DNA from: Azolla caroliniana
Lineage: Eukaryota > Plantae > Polypodiophyta
Assembly: GCA_043228905.1 (NCBI GenBank)
Contig: JBHGNT010000003.1
Coordinates: 10,664,001 to 10,728,000, forward strand
Length of the DNA: 64,000 bases
Direction: 5' to 3'
The notes beneath the pieces are model-generated. The model searched no databases. It was not told the DNA's origin and saw only the letters and a program-made list of their open reading frames with translations. Of this stretch, positions 24,680 to 37,104 are shown in pieces; the stretch's first letter is position 1, and every line of letters starts with the position of its first letter. The translations under genes were made by a program, and so were the position numbers.

Positions 24680-26960
24680 ACATCCTAACGGCCGACAGAT
24701 TAGACTCTTTAAAGCAATGCTTGATAATAGATAGAGCTGCTGCATTGTTTCTTCTTTAACAACTTTATTAGTTGCGGGAGGTTGATAGAATAATTGTTCT
24801 TGTCTGCTTGCGTAGACGACATATTGAAAAGGATTGGACCCTCTAGCCGTGTAACCGTTAAGACAGGTGCTACTCTCCCAGCAAGTAGAGTTGGTGGGCG
24901 GGATCTCGCTGCATCGAAAGATCAGTCTAATGCGAAGACCGCCCGCCAAAACAAAAACAAAATTGCATGATGCAGCTACTCAGTAGTCAAAAATGTCTGC
25001 ATCGACACTACGTGAAGAACAGGTTCAGGGTGCGTGGGAAGAACTGCAGCAGAGTGAAGTAGGATTGAACTCTTCATCCAATGCCATTTCCTAGGCAGCA
25101 ATCAACGATTAAACCTGAGACGTTTACCCATCCATCCTCTAAAAGATTAGACTGCGGCTTTCAATATTAATTTATAGAATAGCATAGAAATGAAAAAAAC
25201 TCTGCACTGTGGGCTTCATTGTTGTAGCAGATTCGGCATGCTGATGTAGCAGGGAGGACTCTCTTTCACCATTACTGCCTGCCTGCGCGAAAGGAAAGCA
25301 GCTAATCTCAAATTTTTTTTGAGGTGGTGGTAGTGTTCGGTGGCGAAGAAAGTGGTTGATGGTGATATTCTTATTCATCATTTATAAAAGGATCATCCAT
25401 AAGAGGATTATCATATGCAGTATAACTATGTAACCGGGCGGGGAAGGCAGTTGAAGCTAGATTTTCATTTGTCGCTGCTTCTTTCTGTCGTCGAAGAATG
25501 ACGACTTCCCCTACGAGATAGGTCTGTATCAATTTGTGTTTCGGCATCAGTTGGCCTTTCTTCAGTTTGTGTTTCAACATTGTTGTTTTGATCAACGGGA
25601 GGTACAAGAACCTCATCAGCACTGTCAGTGGTAAGAACATTTGTATTTTCCACGTAAACCTATTGGGAGGTATAATATCATTGTCACTCTCACTACTATT
25701 GGTTAATAGCGATGGACGATTTATGACTGAAACTGAATAACTTTCAGGCAGGATATAGAACAATATGCATTTTGTTGTTTCTAATAGTAGTTATTGGAGG
25801 TATATCAGATGTAGTAAGATAGGAATTAATTTGTAAATAAATTTCAGTGAGTGTCTAAAATACCCAATAATGACGATTCCCTACTATTAAAAGATAATAA
25901 TCTTTCCACCCACAATAGTGTTAATTTCGCTTTCTGAAGGCATACCACGCTGAATGCGCTCATGTACCAATCTTATACAAAATCAATAAAGAAAACCTTT
26001 CTGGTTGCTTGCTGTAAAGGATACTGAATTGACATGTAGAATTCGTTGCTGTTATGAAGCAGATAATCTAATGCATACGACACGCTTTCCATTATTCTAC
26101 CTGTTGGCAGAGTTTATTTCGTTTAAAGCGGTAAATTAAGTCTGTTATGTGGAGGTCTCAGCCAATTATATAGATATAAGAAGGGATTGGATTCACCTAT
26201 TATGCTACTAGCAGACGGGCTACTGTCACTGCTACCTCCACCACTACTACCGCCAAAGATATAGGTTATTACACATATATTTATAGTAGTGAGTACCACT
26301 CCCCAAAAAGACTTATTTTTATACATTGGTTCTTTATTTGTAGCGTCACCCAATTCTCCTAAGACCTACGCAAGCAACATTTTCCGAGCGAGACCTGCAT
26401 GCGATTCTACTCCTCTAGCAGAACCTATTGATATTTTAACTGATTCCGAAGAATAATAATTTAGCTCTTTGTCGTCCTCCACTACACGCTCAGCCGAGAA
26501 TCTTCTCTCGCAGCAAGCAAGCAAGCACTTGAACTACTATCAGCCGTAGTTTTAGAGCCTTCTTCAGGTACATGCTTAGGCTGCACACTAGCCCCACCAT
26601 TTTCGGTTGGTTGCTGAGGAAGAAGAAGGTTGCGTGCTGACCGCAGAACCAACCTCGAGAATCTTCTCTAGCTGAAGACATAAAACATTCTAAAACAAAC
26701 CTATAACATCTATTTGATCTTTTATTAATGGAAGATCTATCATGCCTATAAGGTACCATGTTAGACCACCTAACAGTAAGACTTGCGCATTCGCATATAA
26801 CTTCTTTTTTGTAATAGTTCCATTCTTTTTTACACTCACCAGTGATAGAATCATACTAGTTATCCCACTTATTCCCAATAGATAGAATAATTGATTACTG
26901 TCACCAGCTATAAACTTGTTTGTTTCCTTCTGGTCTAAAAAGAATTACCATTATATAACC
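24680..26960 (-). other. Non-TE island with a decayed minus-strand reading frame, possibly organelle-derived
   Basis: Chain of minus-strand ORF pieces with hydrophobic segments and no TE motifs. Origin is unverified. Confidence 0.35.
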
Positions 26961-27939
26961 TAAAAGATGCATACAAACAGTTGTTGCACAACCGAATGCG
27001 GATATTGCGGAAAGCTCGGCCACCACGAAGAAGAGTGCCGAAAGAAGATGTGCGAATCGGCTTCCACAAGCCGACAACTCACGAATTACGCGCACAATTC
27101 CGACTACGAAGAGTATAGCGGAATGTACAGGCACAACTCCGATTACGAAGACTATAGCGGAATGTACGGGCACAACTCCGACTACGAAGATCGTGGCGGA
27201 ATGTATGCACACAACTCCGACTGTGGCGGAATGTTCATGATGAAACATAGAGCAAACTCTATGTCGGCCTCAACCTCAACTAGTGCCCTCAATCCAGAGG
27301 ACGTATGGTTTGTTGACTCCGGAGCCTCAAACCATATGACATCTCATAAAGAATGGTTTCTCGAACTTCGAGAGCCGGAGCGACCTGGTTATGTCGAAAC
27401 CAGAGATGACACTACGCACCCGATTCGGCACATCGGCAATGTTCCGTTCGACGAAAGAGGTAAGCAAACATACATTAAAAATGTCTTGCATGTTCCCACC
27501 ATCATGAAGAATTTGGTTTCGGTCGGCCAAATGGTTGAGCATGGGATGCAAGTACGATTCAACCAAGAAGGGTGCTTCATCAAAAAAGAGGGCCGAATGA
27601 TCGCGTGCGGAAGAAGAGAGGGCCGGATGTTCATTCTCGATTCACACGCGATGAAATCCGCCATGTTCGCAAAAAGCACGAAAGCCAACTCCAACATAGA
27701 GCTATAGCACAAGCGAATCGGCCACATCAATCTCAACAAACTCAAAGCAATGAAATTGAAAGGAGTCGTCATCGGACTCCCGACGTTCAAAGAGAAGGAG
27801 ATTGAAGGTGTATGCGAAGCGTGCCAATTCGGGAAGCAACACCGACACCCATTCCCGAAAGAGTAGAACGTGAGCAAAGGTCTACTCGACGTAGTCCACT
27901 CCGACGTATGGGGACCGACGCAGATGGCTACATTCAACG
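26960..27939 (+). mobile_element. Copia gag zinc knuckle, protease and GAG-pre-integrase fragment
   Basis: CGYCGKLGHHEEEC, WFVDSGASNHMT, CEACQFGKQHR, VHSDVWGP. Confidence 0.9.
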
Positions 27940-28950
27940 TGTTGATCGGCAAGCTCAACCGGATCCGGATGGGCTGAATAAGCCTGAGCCGGATCGGCAT
28001 CCGGAAGGATGAAACCGGATTAGTGAGACAGATCGGAGAGCCGGTGAGCTGGGGAGCCGGTTAGCTGGATCAAACAGTAACCGAAAGCCTAGTAGTAGCC
28101 TAGACTACTAGGTAGTTAATGTCTCATAGTTAGTGTCAGACGCTCGTATGAGCATTGAAGTACACAGTACTTCTGTTAGTCCTCTTAGGACTTGTATAAA
28201 TAGTGCTGTTGAGCACGTTTTATGTACAGAGAACTACTATTGTTTTGTGATAGATCTAACTTGTTCTGCTCTTTCTCTGTCTCTCCCGCATACTGTAAAG
28301 CTTTCCATTAAACCTGTGTTTCTGTGTTCGGTTTTCTACTTGCTTCGGCACACAATTCTTTTACATGGTTGAGAACCTCTGCATACTGTATCAGAGCGCG
28401 AGGGTTGAGAACCTCTGTAGCTGACATAGCTTGAAAAGAAAACCAACCAAGAAGAACAAGAAAAACAAAATGGATAGAGGCATGGCAAGCTCGCTTCCTA
28501 CCGAGAAGCTCGACAGAAACAACTACGCATCTTGGTCCTACAAGATGCACCAGTACTTGCTCGGGCACGATTACTGGAGCTATGTCGACGAAGCAAATGA
28601 CACAACACCCAAATCAACACACAGAGATTTCCTGATGTGGGAACAATCAGCGAGTAGAGTATTGTATTGCTTCGCATCTTGTGTGGGCGAACAACTTCTG
28701 AGCTATATTCGGGATGCGAAAATGCCAAAGGATGCTTGGGGAAATTTGAAGAAGATTTTCGCCGCAAGCACCACAACTAGGAAGCTTCAACTCCGACAGG
28801 AGTTGAGCAACTTACGACAACGCGACTTGTCAGTGGCTGATTACACCTCAAAGATGAAAGAGATATTCGACTCCCTAGCCTCTATCGATGTGAACGTCGA
28901 GGAAGGCGAGATGGTGCAGGTCTGTCTCTTGGGACTGGCGTCAAAGTTCA
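27940..28950 (+). mobile_element. Copia 5' LTR (27940-28365), disrupted PBS and gag N-terminus
   Basis: TGTTGATCGGCAAGCTCAAC...TTTTACA; gag KLDRNNYASWSYKMHQYLLG...RKLQLRQEL; cut by a gypsy LTR at 28951. Confidence 0.88.
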
Positions 28951-30052
28951 TGTTACCCGGACAAGTATGGATTCGTCGGAATCGGAAAGATGTTCGGAGT
29001 CAGAGTGAGAGTCGGATCGATGACTCAACAGATAGCCGAATAGGACATAGTTAGTTACGAAGTTTTGTAATTCTTGTTAATTATAGGTAGTAGGATTTCT
29101 TGATGAGAAAAGACCGTCGGGTTACCTATAAAATGAACCGAAGGCATTGTAAAAATCTATCGTTGTATTTAGTGATATGAAGTTTGGTTAGGAAATCTCT
29201 GTGTACGGATTGCTTCTTGCCATCTAGTTCTTTCTATCTAAACTATATTACATAAGTCACGATCTCGGTGTCTATTATCACCGATAAGTTTATAGATCAT
29301 TCGTGTCTATTCGTTTAACCACAACTTCTTGATAGCACGTTCGTTACGAACGTTGTCGTGAAGAAAACCGTCCCCAGGCGCAAACCGTGTAAAGTGTGTG
29401 TGAACCGGCCCTTACACGTGGGCACACCCCTTGTTGTATAGTGGATAGGTAGGCACAAAGGTCAAATCCTAGGTAGCAATATTCTATAGGGGAAATCGAG
29501 GAGTATCTCTGTCCGAAAGGACAGAGAATTAATGTGATGTAAACGGGTGAAACGGCCTCCCTCCTTGAGCTATAAAAGAGAGGGAGACGGGGGAGAGAAG
29601 GTATCGCGCGCTAGAGGGGACGAAATGCTGTCGGACTGGGACCGAGCTCTTCTTCTCTGTCGTTCTCCATAGCTTTCTTTTGCGCAGGTTCTCAGGAGGT
29701 TGATCCTGCTTCGTGGAACGCCCGTGTGCTTCCAGCAGAATCTCCATCTTGCTCTCCTGTGTGCGTGGGTGATCAGGCGTCGACATCCATCTCGCCGACC
29801 TGATCGGCTGTAACCGTTCGAGTCGTCTGCATACATACAAATACATACACATATTTATATACATACGCTAGTGTTCTCAACTCGTATCTCCTGTGTTATT
29901 GGGCCGCTTCCCCGTGCACTTCTTTGTCTATACGTGTGTGAGTGTCTCCCGCTCTCTCGCTCTCTCTCTCTCTCCCTCTTCTCACCTATTCCTCGGTCCA
30001 AGACCCCAGTGGTCCCGCCTTGTTCTCCACGCACGCGCGTACCAACGCGACA

Positions 30053-31995
30053 TACCGGAAGAGAGGCGTCTAGCCGGATTCCCTCGAGTGGCGATGCCGG
30101 GTATCCATACAGAGGTGCTCGAGGTACGGGCCGAGAGCCGGACCTGGGAGAAGTTCGAAGGTCGGCTCCTCGAAAAATACGGGCTTGAAGATGTGCTTCG
30201 ACTTTCGAAGCGGGACTTCATGAAGTGGGTGGAGACCCCCGACAAAGGAAGGAACGCGTCGGTGCTCCTCCGGGAGTTTGAGGAACGCTTCATGCGCCTC
30301 TCGGTGCTTGACCGGACCGTTCTGGACACAAGCCGTGTCCTATTGTTTGTTAAGTCATTTGATCAGCGGGATCGGGAGCAGGTAGGCCTCCTATTGGAGA
30401 CTGATGACGGGCTGACGGCCGATTGGGCCGTGGTGAAAAGGGTCTGTGGCCGTTTCGACAAAAGACGGGAATGGGTTGACAAAGGATCGACAGGGGCGGG
30501 CTCTGTCACTGCGAGGAAGCTCGAGCCAACGCCACCAACGCGAAGGGAAGAGACCCGAGATTGGCTCGAGACCGGATCGGCTTCGATCGGCATGGTCAAG
30601 GGCTCGTCTGGGGGAGCAGCTCTGGAGGAACTGACGCGGATGGTAAAGGATCTCCAGATCGTCCAGGCACGGAGGGACGGTAGTGAACAGGGCCGTGACC
30701 GACGACCTCTGGCTGGAAACAGGTGCATGTGGTGTGACGCGGTTGGCCACATCCGGAAGGACTATGGGGACTTTGCCGAGGCGATGAGAAGCAACGTGGT
30801 GTACCTGTGGAATGGTCGGGTGCACGCCAGCGAAACCCGAAGGCCCCTGGACCTGAACGTCGGGCGAGGGGGTATGAAAAGGCTGATGGAGGAGGCGGCG
30901 GCTCGTCACGTGGAGACCGTCCACTACTCGTCGTCAGCTGGTATTTGGGTTGGAGGTGGCGAGGCCCCGAAGACGAACAAAGCCGGGTTCTGGCCGACGA
31001 TGCTAGAAGGCCTCGCCGGCGCACGACTAAGGAAAGAAGAGGCCGGCCGTGCGGAAAAACGGGTCCGGGAGGTGACCGGGTGGAGTGACCCGGTGGAAGA
31101 AAAGACGGGCTTCGTCGAAGCTGCTTGTCAAAACTACGAGGCTCTGGTGGAGGACAAGCGGGTAGGGAAAACCGGAGGGGCCGGGCCCTCACAACGATAT
31201 GAAACTCGATTCGGGCAAAGACGAAATGAGGCCGGTGTAACCGGCGCCCAGGATAATCCGAAGAGGGGCGGGTACCGGCTGGGCACAGAAATTGAAAGAT
31301 CCACGGACCTGCGAAAGGTCCTGGAAGAACGAATCCTCGACAGCAAGGTGGAACTGTCGCTGAGGGAAGTGCTCGGGATCGCCAAGAAGGAGTTCCACGA
31401 CTCCATCGTAGACTTGGTGAAGAGGAAGAGGCTGTCGACGGAGACAGAACCGGAGAAGCCGGTGGAGGTGCGGACGACGCACATAGAGGACATGGCGCTG
31501 GAAGACGAGTTGGCAGAGAGCCACTATTCGCGGCCGTAGTGGGTCAGAGTGACCACGGACACCCCCGTGAAGATCGGAGATGTTCATGAACCGGTGGTGG
31601 CGTTGGTGGAGTACGGTTCAGAAATCAATTTGATGTCCATGGACTTCTATAAGAAAGGGAAATGGCCGATCAACACCAAGCATGGGTGGAAAATACGGGC
31701 AGCGACGCGTGCCACCGAAGAACTGCATGGAGCTTGCCCGAACGTACGAGTAAAGATCGGCGATGTCGAGATTGACCAACACTTCTTCGTGAAGGAGACG
31801 TCCTCACATCCGGTTATACAAGGAGAACCGTACATCACGGCAGCACGGATGGAGACCAAGGTGCTGGACAACAGCTCGGCCAATGCAAAGGTCAAGAGCC
31901 AGGATGGGCGTCACTCGGTCCAGTTCCTGACGGTGAGACCGAACCATGAGCGGAACCGCGAGACCCTCAGGGGCGAAAGCCGAGAGGATTTTTAG
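30053..31995 (+). pseudogene. gag-protease of the nested gypsy
   Basis: Zinc knuckle CMWCDAVGHIRKD; PR ALVEYGSEINLM (degenerate D-S/T-G site); one in-frame TAG at 31537-31539. Confidence 0.85.
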
Positions 31996-34900
31996 AGAGG
32001 GCTATCAAGGCGTGGGGCTACGATAGTCCGAACACTCCGGGAAAACCCCACAAGTGTACGATAGCAAAGAAGACCTGTACTATAAGTAGGAAATTTTGGT
32101 TCTCCGACAACGGAGGGTGTATGATAGTCGACGTTGTTGGTCGGAAGAAGAAAAGGGCGGAGGAGCAACTTCGGGCATGTGGTATCCTCGGCCTTGGAGA
32201 GGAAATCAACGGAGCCGTGGAGGCAGTCTCTTTCGTCGATACCTTGGGGGAGCTGCGAGAGGTAGTCAGAGGAGTCCTTAAAGAGGACCGGACGATTCCG
32301 GTATGTTCGGAAAGGATGTATGAAGTCATCGCGGACTTCAGTAGAGGGCTCGAGTCGGATCGGACGGCCCGGGTGGACACGAGGTACAAGACTGTGGACC
32401 GGAAGGTGAGGCCAGTCGCAGCTCCCTTGCCAGAGGGCAGCGAGTTGCGAATAAAGGGGGTTGCGTCGGACCCGAGTTTACGAAATCCGGCCCGCATAGG
32501 ACACATGTTCACCGACATAACGTTGTGCGAGCTCAAAATCGGTGGGGGCGGCTTCCTACTGCTGGCGGAAGAGGACAGTTTTCGGGGAATGCTCGAAAGG
32601 CACGAGAAGGCTTTCGCATTCTCACCGGAGGAGATCGGGTGCGTAGACCCGATAGTCGTGGAACCGATGGTGATATTCACGGTACCGCATGTGCCGTGGA
32701 GTCTCAAACCGATTCCAGTACCCAGAGCTCACATCCCGAAGCTGATGGAGCTGTTAAAGCAGAAGGTCGAGATGTGAATCCTCGAACCGTCGAGTGCCCC
32801 ATACTCGAATTGGTGGTTTACCATGCCGAAGAAGGATGGCACGCTGCGCTTTATTCAAGACCTGCAGCCGGTCAACAAGGTGACCATTCGAAACGCAGGA
32901 ATCGGACCGACAATAGACGAGTTCGTGGAGGCCTTCGCCGGAAGGTCGATTTACTCAGTCGGTGATCTCTACTCGGGGTACGATTAGTTCCAGCTAGCCA
33001 TAGAGAGCAGAGACATCACGACAATGCGAACTCCTCTCGGCCTAGTACGGATGTGTACCCTACCACAAGGAGGGACGAACTCGGTGGCTCACATGGTGAA
33101 CGCAATGAACAAGGTGCTGAGGGATTGTATCCCGGACATCACCATGCCGTTTCTGGACGACGTCCTGATCAAGGGATGCGCGGTGGAGGAAATGGACGAG
33201 ACGATCGGACCGGACGGGTGCCGGAAATTCGTGGCGACGCACATCGATGAATGCGAGAAGGTGTTGCAGAGGTTGGAGGGCGCGAGGCTCACCTTCTTCG
33301 GGGGAAAATCGGCCTTCGGGCAATCAGAGATCATGGTCGTCGGACACCTATGCGGGTCGTACGGCCGGAAACCGTCTCCGGCTAAGGTAGAAACCATCTC
33401 TGTGATGAAGCACGACTGTAGCTCAGTCACGGAGGTTCGGAGGTTCTTGGGAGCATGCACATTCTACCACATATGGATCCCACATTACGACCACGTCGCG
33501 GAGCCGTTATACGGGTTGCTGAAAAAGGGGCGAAATTTCGAGTGGAGAGACGAGCATACGGAGTCTGTCCGAAAGATGAAGGAAGCACTTGCCGCAGCTC
33601 CGGCGCTTCAAAAGGCTGTCTACGGAAAGGACACTCCGATTTACGTAACGATAGACACGAGTCCGACCGGGATCGGATGGGTCGTCAACCAAGAGGACGA
33701 GGACGGTATGCGTTTCCCGATCCGGTTCGGCGCGAAGGTCCTCAGTGAGTGACAGCGAGGATACGCCCAGGTTAAACGCGAGCTTTGGGGTATCGTTTCG
33801 GCGGTAAAGGCCGATAAAGACTACCTGATCGGGGCAGAGGTAATTATCGAGACGGACTGCCTGCCAATTCTTGGCATGGTTTCCAGATGCGTGACGCCGG
33901 ACCTGGCAATGCTCAGGTGGATAGCGTACATCAAGTCCCTGAATCCGGAAATACGACACATTTCCGGGAAAGACAATGCCATGGCTGACATGCTTTCAAG
34001 GGCGAGGTTCGAAAACAAGGGCGACATGGTTTCGGAGGACGAGGAAGTCGACGTGGACTTCTTCAAGGCGGCTCACGTAACAACCGGCAGGGAATGCACT
34101 CCAACGCTTAATGATTTTGACGAGAGCAAGTACGACGGGGAGTGGCTGCAGATCGGCGGGTTCCTGAAAACAATGACACCGGACGTGGCATGGACAACGG
34201 ACGAGGCCAACCGGATTCGGAAGAAAGCCTACCGATTCTTTCTCCGGGACGGGTACATATGGAAGCACCCGAAGAAGAGGAACGACATCCCGCTCCGAGT
34301 GGTGGCGAAGAAGGAGGAACAGAAGGATTTGCTGGCAGCGTACCACGATTGTCCTTGGGCTGGACACCGTGGAACGTGGGCCACGTTCGAAAAGCTAAAA
34401 GGGAAGTACTGGTGGCCGAGACTATACCGGGACGTGCATCGGTTCATGACGACTTGCGAAAGCTGCCAGGTACACTCCATGATCCGACACCGGGATGAGC
34501 TCCACCCGACCTACCCTCCGACTGTCCACTTCAAATGGATGGTGGATTTGGTGACGATGCCAATGGGGGTAGGACAGATGCGGTATCTAGTGCTAGCTCG
34601 GGAGGATCTAACAAACCAGGTTGAAGGCCGAGCCCTGCAGAACAAGACGACTGCAGCCGTATGCTGGTTTTTGATTGAGGATGTGGTATGCTGATACGGG
34701 TGCGTAGGGAAGATCGTGGCTGACCGTGGTGAGTTGGACGCAGAAGAGGCCGAAGAGCTGTTCGACCGGCTAGGAGTCAAACTTACGCTCACCACAGCGT
34801 ACAATCCGGAGGCGAACGGGAAGGTGGAGCGCGGACACGGGCGAATTGTCAAAGCGCTAGTACGGGCATGCGGAGGCCAGGTCGGGAACTGGCCACGGCT

Positions 34901-35396
34901 GCTACCTTATGCCTTGTGGGTGGACCGGACTACGCACAGTTCGGTAACCGGGTTCATGCCGGCCGAGCTTATGTTCGGACAAAAGCCGATCATGCCAACA
35001 GAGCGAACGATCTCCTCGTGGGCCACGGTGGACTGGAGGGATGAGATGAGCCGGGAGGAACTATTGGCGGCGCGGATTCGACAGCTCGAGCGAAGGCCGG
35101 AGGACGTAGAGCGTGCCGCGGAGAAACTTCAGGTAGCAAGGATAAGGAACAAAGCCCGGTTTGATCGAACACACCGGCTCCGGCCAAGGAAGATCGAGGA
35201 AGGCGACTGGGTGCTAGTCTACGACAGCAGCCTCGACAATCAGCATAGGGCCATGCAGAAATTTGCAAGGAGGTGGTTCGGGCCTTACGTAGTAACAGGC
35301 ACCAACGGCAATGGGACGTACCATCTCGCGGAGCTCGACGGTACGAGAATGGCGATACCGGTAGCGGGGAATGACACGACAGTGAGCCGGAGCTAG
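31983..35396 (+). pseudogene. RT-RNase H-integrase of the nested gypsy (-1 frame relative to gag-PR)
   Basis: DLQPVNKVTIRNAG, PFLDDVLIKG, VTIDTSPTGIG, HDCPWAGHRG..CESCQ, YNPEANGKVERG, RWFGPY. Scattered point stops. Confidence 0.92.
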
Positions 35397-35985
35397 GGGG
35401 CATGGACAACAATGATGAGCAGCCCGAGGCGGAGGATGAACCGATAAACGAGGGATAAAAGCAAGGATCAGTTTTCTCCTGTAGGAACCCAATTTTGACG
35501 CATACCGGTGGATGCGCGGTTAGGTGGGGGCAGATGTCGTGAAGAAAACCGTCCCCAGGCGCAAACCGTGTATAGTGTGTGTGAACCGGCCCTTACACGT
35601 GGGCACGCCCCTTGTTGTATAGTGGATAGGTAGGCACAAAGGTCAAATCCTAGGTAGCAATATTCTATAGGGGAAATCGAGGAGTATCTCTGTCCGAAAG
35701 GACAGAGAATTAATGTGATGTAACCGGGTGAAACAACCTCCCTCCTTGAGCTATAAAAGAGAGGGAGACAGGGGAGAGAAGGTATCGCGCGCTAGAGGGG
35801 ACGAAGTGTTGTCGGACTGGGACCGAGCTCTTCTTCTCTATCGTTCTCCATAGCTTTCTTTTGCGCAGGTTCTTAGGAGGTTGATCCTGCTCCGTGGAAT
35901 GCCCGTGTGCTTTTGGCAGAATCTCTATCTTGCTCTCCTGTGTGCGTGGGTGATCAGGCGCCGACATCCATCTCGCCGACCTGAT

Positions 35986-36132
35986 CGGCTGTAACCGTTC
36001 GAGTTGTCTGCATACATACAAATACATACACATAATTATATACATATGCTAGCGTTCTCAACTCGTGTCTCCTGTGTTATTGGGTCGCGTCCCCGTGCGC
36101 TTCTTTGTCTATACGTGTGTGAGCGTCTCCCG

Positions 36133-36206
<74 letters not shown>

Positions 36207-36551
36207 TCTCACCTATTCCTCGATCCAAGACCCCAATGGTCCCACCTTGTTCTCCACACACGCGCGTACCAACGCAACAACGTTCGTCTTATACTATGTC
36301 GGCAAAATAGCAATTGTCGACTAAACAACAGTTTGGAGTGTTCCGACGACGGCATACATCCGGTGCTTCATCGACATGAGCCTGTACAACAACTTTAATG
36401 AAGGCGGTTGTAACCGTTCGAGTTGTCTGCATACATACAAATACATACACATAATTATATACATATGCTAGCGTTCTCAACTCGTGTCTCCTGTGTTATT
36501 GGGTCGCATCCCCGTGCGCTTCTTTGTCTATACGTGTGTGAGCGTCTCCCG

Positions 36552-36625
<74 letters not shown>

Positions 36626-36823
36626 TCTCACCTATTCCTCGATCCAAGACCCCAATGGTCCCACCTTGTTCTCCACGCACGCGCGTACCAACGCGACAAC
36701 GTTCGTCTTATACTATGTCGGCAAAATAGCAATTGTCGACTAAACAACAGTTTGGAGTGTTCCGACGACGGCATACATCCGGTGCTTCATCGACATGAGC
36801 CTGTACAACAACTTTAATGAAGG
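35986..36823. repeat. 419-bp tandem duplication spanning the nested LTR end and flank
   Basis: 35986-36404 and 36405-36823 are nearly identical, including the (CT)n tract. Confidence 0.92.
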
Positions 36824-37033
36824 AAATAAGGCACACGTCCTTTAGGAGAAAATTGATACTATGCTTGAAAGCAAGAACATCGTGAATCGGGTTTAGATAT
36901 TTCGGAAGTTAGATCATTCGTGTCTATTCGTTTAACCACAACGCAACTTCTTGATAGAACGTTCGGTACGAACGTTCGTCTTATACTTTGTCAGCAAAAT
37001 AGCAATTGTCAACCGAACAACACAGTATAATTT

Positions 37034-37104
37034 TAGCATGCCCGGTGGGACATGAACCCACAATCCCTTGATTAGAAGTCAAGTATAATTTTGGCACGCC
37101 CGGT
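37034..37104 (+). promoter_or_regulatory. Double primer-binding site for tRNA-Arg(UCU), first copy extended to ~49 nt
   Basis: TAGCATGCCCGGTGGGACATGAACCCACAATCCCTTGATTAGAAGTCAA, then gtataattt + TGGCACGCCCGGT. Confidence 0.85.

Larger units (their letters stand above)
29354..36279 (+). mobile_element. Nested Ty3/gypsy element, LTRs 29354-30052 and 35535-36279, 4-bp TSD ACGT
   Basis: Highly similar LTRs TGTCGTGAAG...ACA; ACGT at 29350-29353 and 36280-36283; PPT at 35521-35534; internal gag-pol. Confidence 0.95.

Noticed and set aside
29982-35492. Many long antisense/overlapping ORFs over the nested gypsy
   Set aside because: Expected shadows of GC-rich coding DNA; no recognisable motifs.
36004-36743. 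SLSLSL-rich ORFs (also 14153-14389, 51566-51775)
   Set aside because: Translations of (CT)n/(GA)n microsatellites inside LTRs.
37034-37082. Independent tRNA-Arg gene
   Set aside because: Only the 3' half is present, it includes the CCA-equivalent end, and it sits exactly at the PBS position.
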